From contig OZ220744.1 in NCBI GenBank assembly GCA_965116925.1, positions 160,001-224,000 on the forward strand: DNA of 64,000 bases. Reading direction: 5' to 3'. Positions 1-11,564 of the stretch are shown piece by piece. Within the stretch, counting starts at the first letter, position 1, and every line of letters starts with the position of its first letter. The notes under the pieces are model-generated. The model was not told the DNA's origin, did no database searches, and worked only from the letters and a program-made list of their open reading frames with translations. The stretch comes from Candidatus Poribacteria bacterium (lineage in GTDB: Bacteria; Poribacteria; WGA-4E; PCPOR2b). Both the position numbers and the translations under genes were made by a program.

Positions 1-1
1 A

Positions 2-487
2 CTCGGTTTCCATACGGACGCTGGACCCTCACTGCAGCAGATCCACCCGCACCCCCAAAGCCTCCCGCTACAATTCAAGGTTCAGTTCTTCCTGACCGAT
101 GTATCAAAGCCGGACAGCGCGAATTTCATGCTAGTGCCGGGCAGTCAGCAAAAACCTTTCCCGGAGCACCCGGAACCCGGATTTATTCCAGAGGGAGCAA
201 TCCAAGTGCTCGCCGATCCGGGCGATGCCGTCATCTTTCCATGGGCGCAATGGCACTCAGTCGGACCGAATAAAACCGATCGGATTCGGAAAAGCGTCAC
301 CTTCCGTTACGGTCAGATGTGGAGCCGACCCTACGACTACGAAACGCTTCCGCCGCATGTGCTAGAGCGGATGACACCGCGCCGGCAGCGTTTATTCGGA
401 TACATGGGCGAAGATTATCATCCGACCGATTACTTCAAACCACATGATCAATTGGAAGTAATCCTTGGTGATGAGTGGAAACTGTAG
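2..487 (+). CDS. Phytanoyl-CoA dioxygenase (PhyH) family protein, 5'-partial
   Basis: Frame open from base 2 (LGFHTDAGP...), giving the HxD motif; distal His in WHSVGPNKTDRIRKS; GDAVIF motif typical of PhyH. Confidence 0.85.
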   Translation, partial: LGFHTDAGPSLQQIHPHPQSLPLQFKVQFFLTDVSKPDSANFMLVPGSQQKPFPEHPEPGFIPEGAIQVLADPGDAVIFPWAQWHSVGPNKTDRIRKSVTFRYGQMWSRPYDYETLPPHVLERMTPRRQRLFGYMGEDYHPTDYFKPHDQLEVILGDEWKL

Positions 488-488
488 C

Positions 489-507
489 CGTGAAACGTGA
501 AACGTGA
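489..507. repeat. Short heptamer tandem repeat (CGTGAAA)n
   Basis: cgtgaaacgtgaaacgtga; the reverse complement TTTCACG repeats also occur near 4367, 18714 and 49931, all intergenic. Confidence 0.6.
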
Positions 508-650
508 TAGAAAGAAGAGGGGGATGGAAGGATGGCTGGAAAAAAAGAGATGGACAGCATTGTAGTGTTTCTAGCGGAAGGTTGGAACATTGGGTTTCCA
601 TCCTTGCCGCCTTCCACTCTTCCAACCATTTATGTGAGAAAGGGCAAAAT

Positions 651-1409
651 ATGGTTGATTTACAGGGCAAGGTCGCTTTAATCACCGGCTCCTCGCGCGG
701 AATTGGGCGGGGGTGTGCAATCGAGATGGCGACGTGCGGCGCGGATATTGTCATTAACTACCGAACCCATCCCGATGAAGCGGAAGAGGTCGCTGAAATC
801 ATCCGAGGGCTTGGGCGCAATGCCATCACTGTTGGTGCTGACATTGCCGATCGAGACGCTGTCGAGACAATGGTGCAGCAGGGGATCGATCAGTTTGGAA
901 AAATAGACATCCTTGTGAATAATGCGGCGATGAGCATTCGCAAGCCGTTTCTGGAGATCCCCGTTGTTGATGTGTCACGAACAATTGATGTCTGTATGTG
1001 GGGAGTGTTTCATTGCAGCCAAGTTGCTGCGCGCCACATGGTAGAGCGCGGCGAAGGCGGAAAAATCCTGATTATCAGTTCCGTTCACGCCTTTATTCCC
1101 TTTGCGCGTTCTGTTGCGTACAATACCGCAAAAGCAGGCATCAACCACATGGGATACACGATGGCGACAGAACTCACCGAGCATCGTATCAATGTCAACG
1201 TCATTGAGCCCGGGTGGACTGACACACCGGGCGAGCGAAACTTTGCAACAGAGGAGGAACTGAGAGAAGGCGGCGAAAAACTGCCGTGGGGCAGACTGGG
1301 AACAATTGAGGACATCGGAAAAGCAGCAGCGTTTCTCTGCTCCGATGCAGCGGACTATATTACAGGTGCCTGTTTACGGGTGGATGGCGGCTTTTGGCTG
1401 CCGAGGTAA
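651..1409 (+). CDS. Short-chain dehydrogenase/reductase (FabG/glucose 1-dehydrogenase-like)
   Basis: TGSSRGIG, NNA and YNTAK motifs; start moved to MVDLQGK at 651 because the upstream extension runs through low-complexity repeats. Confidence 0.9.
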   Translation: MVDLQGKVALITGSSRGIGRGCAIEMATCGADIVINYRTHPDEAEEVAEIIRGLGRNAITVGADIADRDAVETMVQQGIDQFGKIDILVNNAAMSIRKPFLEIPVVDVSRTIDVCMWGVFHCSQVAARHMVERGEGGKILIISSVHAFIPFARSVAYNTAKAGINHMGYTMATELTEHRINVNVIEPGWTDTPGERNFATEEELREGGEKLPWGRLGTIEDIGKAAAFLCSDAADYITGACLRVDGGFWLPR

Positions 1410-1502
1410 CACGACATACACAACTACTTATGATGTCTGAAGGAAAAATTACTTGCGCTTACGTCGGTCAGATGCTATATTTGCGTATGAGGAGGGACTT
1501 CA

Positions 1503-1778
1503 ATGAAAAAAAAACGAATCCGAACAACAATTGATATTCCAATTGAACTCTCGGAAAGGGTCAATAAAGCACTTCACAAAAAGTGTGCACCAAGTCGCAA
1601 TGCCCTGTTAATTCAAGCATTACAGCGGTATTTGGAATACTTGGAACAGGAAGAAATTGATGTACAGATTGCCCAGATGGCAGCAGATTCAGAATATCAG
1701 GAACTCCATGACCAATTGGCTAAAGAATATGAACCAGCTGGTTGGGAAGCTCTACGGCTAGATGAGGAGGGTTCATGA
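1503..1778 (+). CDS. Ribbon-helix-helix (CopG-like) antitoxin
   Basis: RTTIDIPIEL...SRNALLIQAL RHH pattern, acidic C-terminus, ATGA overlap with the toxin gene, RBS GGAGG. Confidence 0.75.
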   Translation: MKKKRIRTTIDIPIELSERVNKALHKKCAPSRNALLIQALQRYLEYLEQEEIDVQIAQMAADSEYQELHDQLAKEYEPAGWEALRLDEEGS

Positions 1779-1957
1779 ACCGTGGCGATGTGTATCAAGT
1801 TCGTTTTGATCCGATTGAAGGTTCTGAGCAAAGCGGTACGCGACCTGCCGTGATTGTAACTCGCAATGCTATTAATCAATCCAGTTCAGTGGTCATGGTT
1901 ACACCGTCGAAAAATCTTCGGGATTACTTACTAGCTTGTCGGAAGAAAGCAGCTTAA
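1775..1957 (+). pseudogene. mazF: PemK/MazF family toxin, C-terminally truncated
   Basis: MNRGDVYQVRFDPIEGSEQSGTRPAVIV is a classic PemK/MazF N-terminus, but the ORF is only 60 aa and similarity ends after about residue 43. Confidence 0.75.
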
Positions 1958-2059
1958 TCAAATTTTTCTCTTGACTTTCTCGTGCAATCGTTGTAACATT
2001 AAATTGGAAATTCTGTAATAATTCTAAAGAGAGAATAAACGCTATCTGAGAATTGTATA

Positions 2060-2148
2060 AATATGTTGGGGTGCGCTCCGATTTGGCCCGGAGCACTGAG
2101 AATATACCCTTTGGACCTGATCTGGATAATACCAGCGTAGGGAAATAT
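2060..2148 (+). ncRNA. TPP riboswitch
   Basis: GGGGTGC...CTGAGAATATACCCTTTGGACCTGATCTGGATAATACCAGCGTAGGGAA consensus, directly upstream of thiC. Confidence 0.95.
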
Positions 2149-2196
2149 GAGTTGCAGAGTAGAGAGCAGCATTCGTTGTACCTGACTTTGCATGTC

Positions 2197-2233
2197 GAGC
2201 CGTTTTCCTTATGCAGGGAAACGGTTTTTTTTT
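2197..2233 (+). terminator. Intrinsic terminator, the riboswitch expression platform
   Basis: gagccgttttcc-loop-gggaaacggtttttttt hairpin followed by a U-tract, between the aptamer and the thiC start. Confidence 0.8.
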
Positions 2234-2254
2234 CGACGTTTGCTTGTCGCATAG

Positions 2255-4183
<1,929 letters not shown>

Positions 4184-4224
4184 AAAAATAGAAGGGACAA
4201 ACACTTGTTTGCCCGCACTTGTCG

Positions 4225-4267
4225 AAAAGCCGTTTTCCTCCGGGCAACATGGGAAAACGGCTTTTTT
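4225..4267 (+). terminator. Intrinsic terminator after thiC
   Basis: aaaagccgttttcc...ggaaaacggctttttt hairpin with U-tract. Confidence 0.8.
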
Positions 4268-4395
4268 CATTCCTTGAGCCTAGGACTGCCGTACTTCGGT
4301 GATTGTAGTTTACGACAGGCTAATCAGTATCAAGTCAGATTACGCTATCACGCATTACGTTTTAGATTTCACGTTTCACGCAAGGAGACACAATT

Positions 4396-5493
4396 ATGTC
4401 TAAAACCTATCGTGCAGGACTCGTTGGCTGCGGCGGCATGGGCCGTCACCATCTTCAAGTCCTCAATGAGTTACCCGAATTTGAGCTCGTCGCGCTCTGC
4501 GATATTTTTCCCGATGCCGTCAATAAATCGGGCGACGAATATGGCGTCGAAGCACGTTACCTTGATTTTGACCAGATGTACGACGAAGCCAATTTAGACC
4601 TCGTCACCGTCGCCACGCAGACACGAGGCCATCATGGACCAGCAGTAGCGGCACTGCAGCGCGGAATTTCCGTCTTATGTGAGAAACCGATTGCGATTGA
4701 CCTTGTCGAAGCGGATGATATGGTTGCCGCCTCGGAGAGGTCCGGTGCGAAGTTCGCCATCCACCAGCAGAACCACGTCAACCCCGGCATCCGTAAAGCA
4801 CAGGCAATGGTGGAGGAAGGAGTCATTGGCGACGTTATTTTGGTCCGAGGGAGAAACAAAGCCGGACGCAAGAGTGGAAACGAGTTCATGGAGATGGGAA
4901 CGCACGTCGCGGACATGATGCTCTGCTTCGGCGGAGTTCCAGAGTGGTGTTCGGGAACCGTTTACAACGACAACCAACCCGCCGGACCGACGGACATTAT
5001 GGAGGCGCAGGAAATGTCTCCGCGAGATCGGGACTCTGGATTGGTGATGGGGACACGTGCAATCGCTCACTACGGTTTCCAAGGCGGTATCTGGGGTGAG
5101 ACACACTTTATCAACTATGCCAAGACGATGAGCGAGAATTACGGTGTGGATGTTCTCGGAACGGAAGGACAGTTGGCGGTACGTGCATCGGCAAACGTGC
5201 AGGACAACCTGTGGCACCTGCCGCGTCCGATGGAAGGCGCGCCAGCACAGTTCTCAGATTGGCAGCAGGTAGACTTGTCAGATGTCGGTCTTGAGGAGCC
5301 AATCGTCACCATGTACCGACGGCTGATTCATGCCATCGAAACAGACACACAGCCCCCAAGTAGCGGTGAGGAGGGACGTTGGGCATTTGAAATGATGATG
5401 GCGATCTATCAATCGCACCGTGAAGGTGGACGCCGCGTTGAATTGCCGCTCGCCGATCGCCGGCACCCACTGGAACAATGGCGTGGGGCGTGA
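4396..5493 (+). CDS. Gfo/Idh/MocA family oxidoreductase
   Basis: GLVGCGGMG Rossmann motif, CEKP motif, RBS AAGGAG. Confidence 0.9.
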   Translation: MSKTYRAGLVGCGGMGRHHLQVLNELPEFELVALCDIFPDAVNKSGDEYGVEARYLDFDQMYDEANLDLVTVATQTRGHHGPAVAALQRGISVLCEKPIAIDLVEADDMVAASERSGAKFAIHQQNHVNPGIRKAQAMVEEGVIGDVILVRGRNKAGRKSGNEFMEMGTHVADMMLCFGGVPEWCSGTVYNDNQPAGPTDIMEAQEMSPRDRDSGLVMGTRAIAHYGFQGGIWGETHFINYAKTMSENYGVDVLGTEGQLAVRASANVQDNLWHLPRPMEGAPAQFSDWQQVDLSDVGLEEPIVTMYRRLIHAIETDTQPPSSGEEGRWAFEMMMAIYQSHREGGRRVELPLADRRHPLEQWRGA

Positions 5494-5502
5494 TACGTAA
5501 TA

Positions 5503-5532
5503 TAGTAGTAGGCATACTCCGTATGCCGTAAC
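5503..5532 (+). repeat. GTAG-type REP element, family A (copy 1)
   Basis: agtaGTAG-GCATAC-tcc-GTATGCC-gtaac; near-identical copies at 6681, 53424 and 53466. Confidence 0.85.
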
Positions 5533-5562
5533 TTTCGTAAGAATAGCAATAGAAAGGATTCA

Positions 5563-6681
5563 ATGAAAATTGACCGACTATCACAGACTGATGGTGTGTG
5601 GAAGATTTCGCTTTCGATCGAAGACAAGGGAGATGTGAGTCGCCTCTGGATCCACGAATACCAAATGCGATTCGGGACAGCACAACTCAAGCTGGGCGGC
5701 ATCGCCGGCGTTGGCACGAATGAGGAGCATCGCAACAAAGGATATTCTCGGCGTGTCATGGAGGACTCTACAGCGTTCATGACAGAGAACGGATTTGATG
5801 TCGCCATGCTGTTCGGTATCCCGGACTTCTATCCTAAATTCGGCTATGCAACAGTGCTACCGGAAACGTGGGCGGAACTTGATACAGAGGAAGCACAAGC
5901 GGCTGTCTCCACATATCAGATCCGAAAATTTGAGACGGAGGACGCGCCGAAAATATTGGCACTCTACGCAGCGAACAACGCCGAGCGCACAGGGACACCT
6001 TTGAGGGATGAGGCCCGTTGGAAAAAATTCAAGATGGGGAGTAACTTTGGTATTGATGCTGACCCTTTCGTTGTCCTGAACGAAACCGATGAGGTAATCG
6101 GCTATTTCGTCTGTGATGATACAAAGGAAAAATGTATCCTTTGCGATATTGGATTCCAGAACAGAACGATTTTTGAGACGATTATCCGCTTTCTTAGTGA
6201 TCGCGCCAAACACATTGGGGCAGCGCAAATTGAATGCTCAATGCCCGCTGACCACCCATTCGCTATCTTCTGCCGTCGCTATGGCTGCCGGACAAATATC
6301 CAGAACCCAAAGAATCGTGGGGGCATGATGCGGATTATCAACCAATCCAGCACCTTAAAAGCGATTACCGGTGAATTGGAAAAACGCCTACGCCGTTCTG
6401 CCCATCTCTCACAGTGGAGTGGAAAAATTCTAATCGCGACGGATTTAGGACAGGACTGCTTGGGCATTGATCGGGGACGTGTTACATACACCAGCAGTAA
6501 GGCGAATGCCTTCCACCTTGAGATCCCGCAGAACAAGCTGATTCAGCTGATGATGGGGCGGCGAAGTATCGAAGATCTTGCCATCGAACCCGATGTTTCC
6601 GTGACTGGAGGAATTATTCCTGTTCTGGAAACCCTCTTTCCGCTCGACTATCCACACGTCTGGTGGCCCGACCGATTTTAA
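5563..6681 (+). CDS. GNAT acetyltransferase, Eis-like with C-terminal SCP2-like domain
   Basis: GIAGVGTNEEHRNKGYS acetyl-CoA motif, FYPKFGY, GGMMRII; 372 aa Eis-like architecture. Confidence 0.8.
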   Translation: MKIDRLSQTDGVWKISLSIEDKGDVSRLWIHEYQMRFGTAQLKLGGIAGVGTNEEHRNKGYSRRVMEDSTAFMTENGFDVAMLFGIPDFYPKFGYATVLPETWAELDTEEAQAAVSTYQIRKFETEDAPKILALYAANNAERTGTPLRDEARWKKFKMGSNFGIDADPFVVLNETDEVIGYFVCDDTKEKCILCDIGFQNRTIFETIIRFLSDRAKHIGAAQIECSMPADHPFAIFCRRYGCRTNIQNPKNRGGMMRIINQSSTLKAITGELEKRLRRSAHLSQWSGKILIATDLGQDCLGIDRGRVTYTSSKANAFHLEIPQNKLIQLMMGRRSIEDLAIEPDVSVTGGIIPVLETLFPLDYPHVWWPDRF

Positions 6682-6710
6682 GTAGTAGGCATACTTCGTA
6701 TGCCGTAACC
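6681..6710 (+). repeat. GTAG-type REP element, family A (copy 2)
   Basis: agtagtaggcatacttcgtatgccgtaacc, starting at the stop codon of the GNAT gene. Confidence 0.85.
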
Positions 6711-6953
6711 CTTGTGCAAACTACGTCACAGTACAACGTACGTACCACTATTGTGCTAATGAAACAACCTAGCCCCAGCGGGGCGACATGTGTATAGAAT
6801 TAGGCATAAACCACCAGAGTCGTGATTTGGAAGGTGCGCTTCCTGCGGCATGTTTTGTGTAGGAGAGAATTCCGATTCCCGCCTATTGCGTCAATCTCTG
6901 ACGCTTGGCTTATCAACTAGCAACTTGCATTAACAGACGAAAGGAGCTCCATC

Positions 6954-8045
6954 TTGCCAACTAAAAAATACAGAGTCGCCATCGTCGGAGGCGCGGGGAC
7001 TTGGGGACGTTTCTATCTACGCGCTTACGCCAGCCATCCAGACTGCGAAATTGTCGCACTGGTAGACCGTGCCCGGGACAGGCGCGATGCCTTCGCTGAC
7101 CGTTATGGCATCAAAACCGTCTTTGATACCGTAGATGAGCTCTTTGCGGTAGAGGTGCCCGACATCGTCTCAATTATTCTGCCCGTCAGTCATAATCCTG
7201 AGACAGTAATCGCCTGCGCCGAAGCCGGTGTCAAGGCTGTGTCGTGTGAAAAACCGATAGCCGTTGAACTATCGCAGGCAGATGAGATGGTACGTGTCTG
7301 CCGGGAACGTGGGACTGCCTTTGGCTGCGGAACCGGCTACTGGGACGCGCCCTATCTTCTGGAAACCGCCGATTGGATCCGTGTGGGCAATATCGGTCAG
7401 TTGACCGGTGCCGCGATTCCCGGCGGACTGCCGACAGAGGTATCGGGTGGAGGGTGCGTTCAGCTGACTATCATGCGGCTGCTTACCGGTATGGAGGTCG
7501 AATGGGCGGAAGGATGGGCGTTACCACCGCAAGCTGGCTGGATGCCTCCAGTCGATTTTGCAGCGGTGGAGACAGATTCCCCTGCTTACGGTCGCTTGGG
7601 ATTATCAGGCGGAGTCGTCTGCGAAATTGTCAAACCCCCAACAGAGCAGAAAGGGTTCTGCCCCGCTTCGGTTACCGGTGAGAATGGGCGGGTATGGACG
7701 AGCTCTCCCAAACCAATCCTTATCCAAGGACAGGGGGCTGCGTCAACGCCAGTCCAGCCGGAATTTCTGGATAGCCCCCGAAAAGACGGATTTACATCAG
7801 CCATTGAACGGCTCATGCAGGCAGTAGATACCGGTGAAGATGCCGTTTGCAGTGGACACGACTACCGCCAAGCACTCGAAATCGCGATCGCCCTAAAACA
7901 GTCCGCCCACCATGGACATGGACGGATTCCTCTGCCGTTAGAGGATCGCTCCCTCAAAATCTATCCCCATCCCTACCGCTTGAAGGGTGGCGATGTGGCG
8001 GGCTGGCAGAGTATTGGCTATACCGGACCGCCAGAGGTCGCGTAG
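6954..8045 (+). CDS. Gfo/Idh/MocA family oxidoreductase
   Basis: VAIVGGAGTWG, SCEKPIA; TTG start with AAGGAG RBS. Confidence 0.88.
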   Translation: MPTKKYRVAIVGGAGTWGRFYLRAYASHPDCEIVALVDRARDRRDAFADRYGIKTVFDTVDELFAVEVPDIVSIILPVSHNPETVIACAEAGVKAVSCEKPIAVELSQADEMVRVCRERGTAFGCGTGYWDAPYLLETADWIRVGNIGQLTGAAIPGGLPTEVSGGGCVQLTIMRLLTGMEVEWAEGWALPPQAGWMPPVDFAAVETDSPAYGRLGLSGGVVCEIVKPPTEQKGFCPASVTGENGRVWTSSPKPILIQGQGAASTPVQPEFLDSPRKDGFTSAIERLMQAVDTGEDAVCSGHDYRQALEIAIALKQSAHHGHGRIPLPLEDRSLKIYPHPYRLKGGDVAGWQSIGYTGPPEVA

Positions 8046-8086
8046 AATTTAAAAAAAATGAAGGTTCATCCTTTTTACCAAATGAT

Positions 8087-9391
8087 TTAAGCAAACAACT
8101 CCTCAATAACACTCCCATCATTCACCACCCGGATTGGTCGTCCACCTCTGGAATAATTTTGCTCAGTGTCATCAATACCGAGCGAAAAGCAGAGCGACGC
8201 AAATAGGTCAGGGACGGAGACAGGTCGATCCACAACCTCCATACCGTCTTCACTAGTGGCACCAATCACCTGTCCACCGCGGATCCCGCCTCCTCCAAGT
8301 ACAACCGACCAACCGTTGGGAAAATGGTCACGCCCATCATTCTCATTAATTCTGGGAGTCCGCCCAAACTCACCCAGCCACAGGACGATAGTTTCCTCTA
8401 ACAGGTCCCGATCGGCGAGGTCTTTCACAAGCATCGAAAAAGCAGGGTCCAGTGTTTCGAGAAGATTTTTGGTTCGTTCAAAGTTGTTGTCATGAGTATC
8501 CCAACCATCGAGTGAAACTTCCACAAATTTCACACCAGTTTCAACCAGCCGCCGTGCCATCAAGCAGCCATCTCCGAATTGAGTCATACCGTAAGCTTCT
8601 CTCACAGCTAATGGCTCATTTGATAGATCAAATGCCTTTGCGTGCGGGGAATTAATCAGCTTGTCCGCTTTCTTATAGATAGCCTGATGCGCTTCTGTAC
8701 TCCGATTCGCATGCTTCTTGAGGAAGTCCTTTTCCAAATCTGTCAGCATCCGGAGCCGCTGCTCAAATCGACGTGCGTCCATCTGCGGGGGATATTTGAG
8801 ATCCTCAATCGGTTTTGTCGGATCGCTGACAACAAAGGGGTCGTGCTCGGCGCTAAGAAAACCGCTCGTAAAAGCGGGGGCATTGATATTGACACAGTTG
8901 GGCAGCTCAAAATCTTCATCGTTCAAATAGTGCGAGGCGATCGAACCCAAGGTCGGGTGCCTCACAGAACCCGTTGGCGCGTAGCCGGTATGGAGCAGAT
9001 AGCGTGCCCGTTCATGATTTCCCTCGCGGGAAACCATCGACCGAATAATCGATAGATGATGCGCCTGTTCCGCGAGTTGGGGGAGATGTTCGGAAAACTG
9101 AATGCCTTCCGCGCTTGTCGGAATCGCTGCGAAGGGACCAGCGTTAAGCGTATCCGGCTTCGGGTCAAAGGTATCCAATTGGCTCGCGCCGCCGTTCATG
9201 AATAGGACAATGCAGTGTTTGGCACGGGCTGCAATTCCCCCTAGCGGCGTCCACGCCGATGATTGCAGATGCTGCATCGCAATGAGTCCCAAAAAACTGC
9301 TCACCCCAACTTTGAGAAAATCACGTCTTGAAACACTCTGCTGCCGGGAATTGAATATTTCACTTTCAGGTATTCTAACTTGTGCCTTCAT
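8087..9391 (-). CDS. DUF1501 domain protein with Tat signal
   Basis: SRRDFLK twin-arginine motif; GGASQLDTFDPKP, GWDTH and GEFGRTPRIN...GRDH are hallmark DUF1501 motifs. Confidence 0.9.
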   Translation of the reverse strand: MKAQVRIPESEIFNSRQQSVSRRDFLKVGVSSFLGLIAMQHLQSSAWTPLGGIAARAKHCIVLFMNGGASQLDTFDPKPDTLNAGPFAAIPTSAEGIQFSEHLPQLAEQAHHLSIIRSMVSREGNHERARYLLHTGYAPTGSVRHPTLGSIASHYLNDEDFELPNCVNINAPAFTSGFLSAEHDPFVVSDPTKPIEDLKYPPQMDARRFEQRLRMLTDLEKDFLKKHANRSTEAHQAIYKKADKLINSPHAKAFDLSNEPLAVREAYGMTQFGDGCLMARRLVETGVKFVEVSLDGWDTHDNNFERTKNLLETLDPAFSMLVKDLADRDLLEETIVLWLGEFGRTPRINENDGRDHFPNGWSVVLGGGGIRGGQVIGATSEDGMEVVDRPVSVPDLFASLCFSLGIDDTEQNYSRGGRPIRVVNDGSVIEELFA

Positions 9392-9404
9392 CGCAATCCT
9401 TTTC

Positions 9405-9782
9405 CTATCCCTTAATAAACTGAGTGATAATGAGAACGAGGATAGTGATCCAAACCGGCACCGTCATGCCGACCATCCACTTGAAAACATCCGTGATTCG
9501 TCTTTCAAGTCGTGTTTCCATCGCACTCATTCGTTGTTCGACTCGTGTTTCGAGCGCACTCATTCGTGTTTCTATCGCGCTCATCCGTTGTTCGACTCGT
9601 GTTTCGAGCGCACTCATTCGTGTTTCCATCGCGCCCATCCGTCCTTCTAATGAACCGAGCCGCTCATTAATCTGGTTCAACTCACCACGCATTTGATTAA
9701 CATCTTTGGAGATTTGTACTACTAGATCGCTGAGGTTCTGAACCATACTCTTCAGTTCGGTTGTTTCCGGGTTGATTTCCAT
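9405..9782 (-). CDS. Coiled-coil repeat protein with C-terminal membrane anchor (DUF1640/CCDC90-like)
   Basis: RMSALETRVEQRMSA(I/M)ET repeats, then KWMVGMTVPVWITILVLII transmembrane segment; RBS AAGGAG. Confidence 0.75.
   Translation of the reverse strand: MEINPETTELKSMVQNLSDLVVQISKDVNQMRGELNQINERLGSLEGRMGAMETRMSALETRVEQRMSAIETRMSALETRVEQRMSAMETRLERRITDVFKWMVGMTVPVWITILVLIITQFIKG
9510..9641. repeat. Intragenic 54-bp tandem repeat (about 2.4 copies)
   Basis: Unit tcgtgtttccatcgcactcattcgttgttcgactcgtgtttcgagcgcactcat at 9510 and 9564, partial at 9618. Confidence 0.85.
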
Positions 9783-9836
9783 GATAGGAGAATCTCCTTT
9801 TTTTCTATTTCGTTGATTAAGTCTCCCGCCGCACCT

Positions 9837-11438
9837 CTAATGATTCAGCGCAAATTCAGCGGAGTTGAGCAGTGCCCAATAGAGGTCCTCGTAGGCAAGC
9901 GCATCGTTACGATACAAACTTGACCGCAGGTATCGATCGAAATAGGTCCGTTCTGAGGTCCGGGGATAACGCGAGAGGGTCGTAAGGTAAATCTGATCGA
10001 GTCGTGCTCGCTTCGTACGCTTCGTTTTGAGAATATAGTGGAGGAGACCACCCCGCGCTTTGTGAGATCCACTGTCATTGACTAGCGGCCCATTAATCAT
10101 CATCAAGGCTTGCGGAACCGTACCGTTGAATGCCTCAACTTCCTCCATTTCACCGTTATCAATGAGAAAGAGAAACCGTTCCAAGTAGCGGCGTTTCATA
10201 TTTTCCAGTTGGCCACGGTCGCGCCGCTTTTGAAGTCGCTCAAAACCGGTTGATTCTAGCATAGAATAGAAGAACTGTTCCGCGGTCAACGGTTTAACGT
10301 AGGCGTGCGAATAATAGAGATCGTCATATTGATTGCTTTTGTTTGTCTCAGAGGTGCGTTGGTAGGCTTTGGTATTCAGAAGGGTTCGCATCAAGTATCG
10401 GAGATCATATCCATGAATCATAAAATCTTTCGCTAGCCAGTCAAGCAATTTGGGATTTGACGGTGGATACTCTTCCCCGAATCCGTCCAGCGGTTCTACA
10501 AATCCTCTCCCCATGAAGTGCGCCCAGATTCGGTTGACAATGGCATGACAGAAGTATGGGTTATCCTTAGCAGTTATCCACTCACTCAAGGCGTAACGCT
10601 GTCTGGTTGGTCGTGTTGTGGACTGTTTGCCATCAAGGAAACTTGGTGGGATGGGTTCATGAGTGCCCGGTATATAGATTGAACTTTCGGGGAGATTTTT
10701 CAAAATACGTTCTGCGACGCGTTCTCCGCTCTCCTCGTCCATTTTGGAAATCTCTTCAACACGAATGTTGGCAAAAAACGCCGCCAACCCGTAGAAGTCC
10801 TCCTGATACCATGCTTCGGTTTTGTGGTCATGACATTGGGCGCACTGCATCGGCAACCCAAGAAACAACCGGGAGGTGTGAGCAGCGAGATCTACCGGTG
10901 AGAGATCGTAGCGTAGCAGATAGTTCGCCGCACCATTTTCTGTCACACTACCTTCTGCTGCAATCAAGGCTGTGACAAATTGGTTATAGGGCATGTTTTG
11001 TGCAAGACTTGCGCGTATCCACCGCTCTAATCCTAACCGTTGCTCTCTATCATTATCGTCTCGACCAATGAGCCAATTGGTCCACAATCGTGTCCAGTAG
11101 TCGAGATAGAGCTCGCTGCCAATCAATTCATCAATCTTCTTTTCACGTTTATCCTTAGAACCATCGTCGAGGAAACTGACAACCGCTTCGACGGTGGGAA
11201 TTTTCCCTGTCAGATCTAGATGCACACGTCGCAAAAATTCAGCGTCACTAGATTGTTTCGATGGTTTAATATCTTCTTCTTTCAATCGGGCATCAATATG
11301 TCGATCCAGGTGTTTCGTGCTAGACCAAATACGTCCCTCTACGCTGGTGCTAAAGCTCGACAGAATAATAGTCACACAAATGCAGATTAGTAGGCCTGTC
11401 GATAAGTTATTTTGTATCTGACATAAGGCTTTCATCAT
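9837..11438 (-). CDS. DUF1549/DUF1553 (PSD1-like) protein with CxxCH motif
   Basis: EFLRRVHLDLTGKIPT, CAQCHDH, NRIWAHFMGRGFVEP, WALLNSAEF; signal peptide; usual partner of DUF1501. Confidence 0.9.
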   Translation of the reverse strand: MMKALCQIQNNLSTGLLICICVTIILSSFSTSVEGRIWSSTKHLDRHIDARLKEEDIKPSKQSSDAEFLRRVHLDLTGKIPTVEAVVSFLDDGSKDKREKKIDELIGSELYLDYWTRLWTNWLIGRDDNDREQRLGLERWIRASLAQNMPYNQFVTALIAAEGSVTENGAANYLLRYDLSPVDLAAHTSRLFLGLPMQCAQCHDHKTEAWYQEDFYGLAAFFANIRVEEISKMDEESGERVAERILKNLPESSIYIPGTHEPIPPSFLDGKQSTTRPTRQRYALSEWITAKDNPYFCHAIVNRIWAHFMGRGFVEPLDGFGEEYPPSNPKLLDWLAKDFMIHGYDLRYLMRTLLNTKAYQRTSETNKSNQYDDLYYSHAYVKPLTAEQFFYSMLESTGFERLQKRRDRGQLENMKRRYLERFLFLIDNGEMEEVEAFNGTVPQALMMINGPLVNDSGSHKARGGLLHYILKTKRTKRARLDQIYLTTLSRYPRTSERTYFDRYLRSSLYRNDALAYEDLYWALLNSAEFALNH

Positions 11439-11564
11439 TTTCGTACATTTCCTCCTAATACTGGTGCTCATGCAGCATTACAAGAATCAGTTGTCTTGGC
11501 TCTAGTGAAATTAAACTTGGGCACGTTACAGCGGTGTAATTCAACGATAACGCCCAAACGTGCC

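Noticed and set aside
504..650. N-terminal extension of the SDR
   Set aside because: It is a translation of intergenic microrepeats; the family-typical start is at 651
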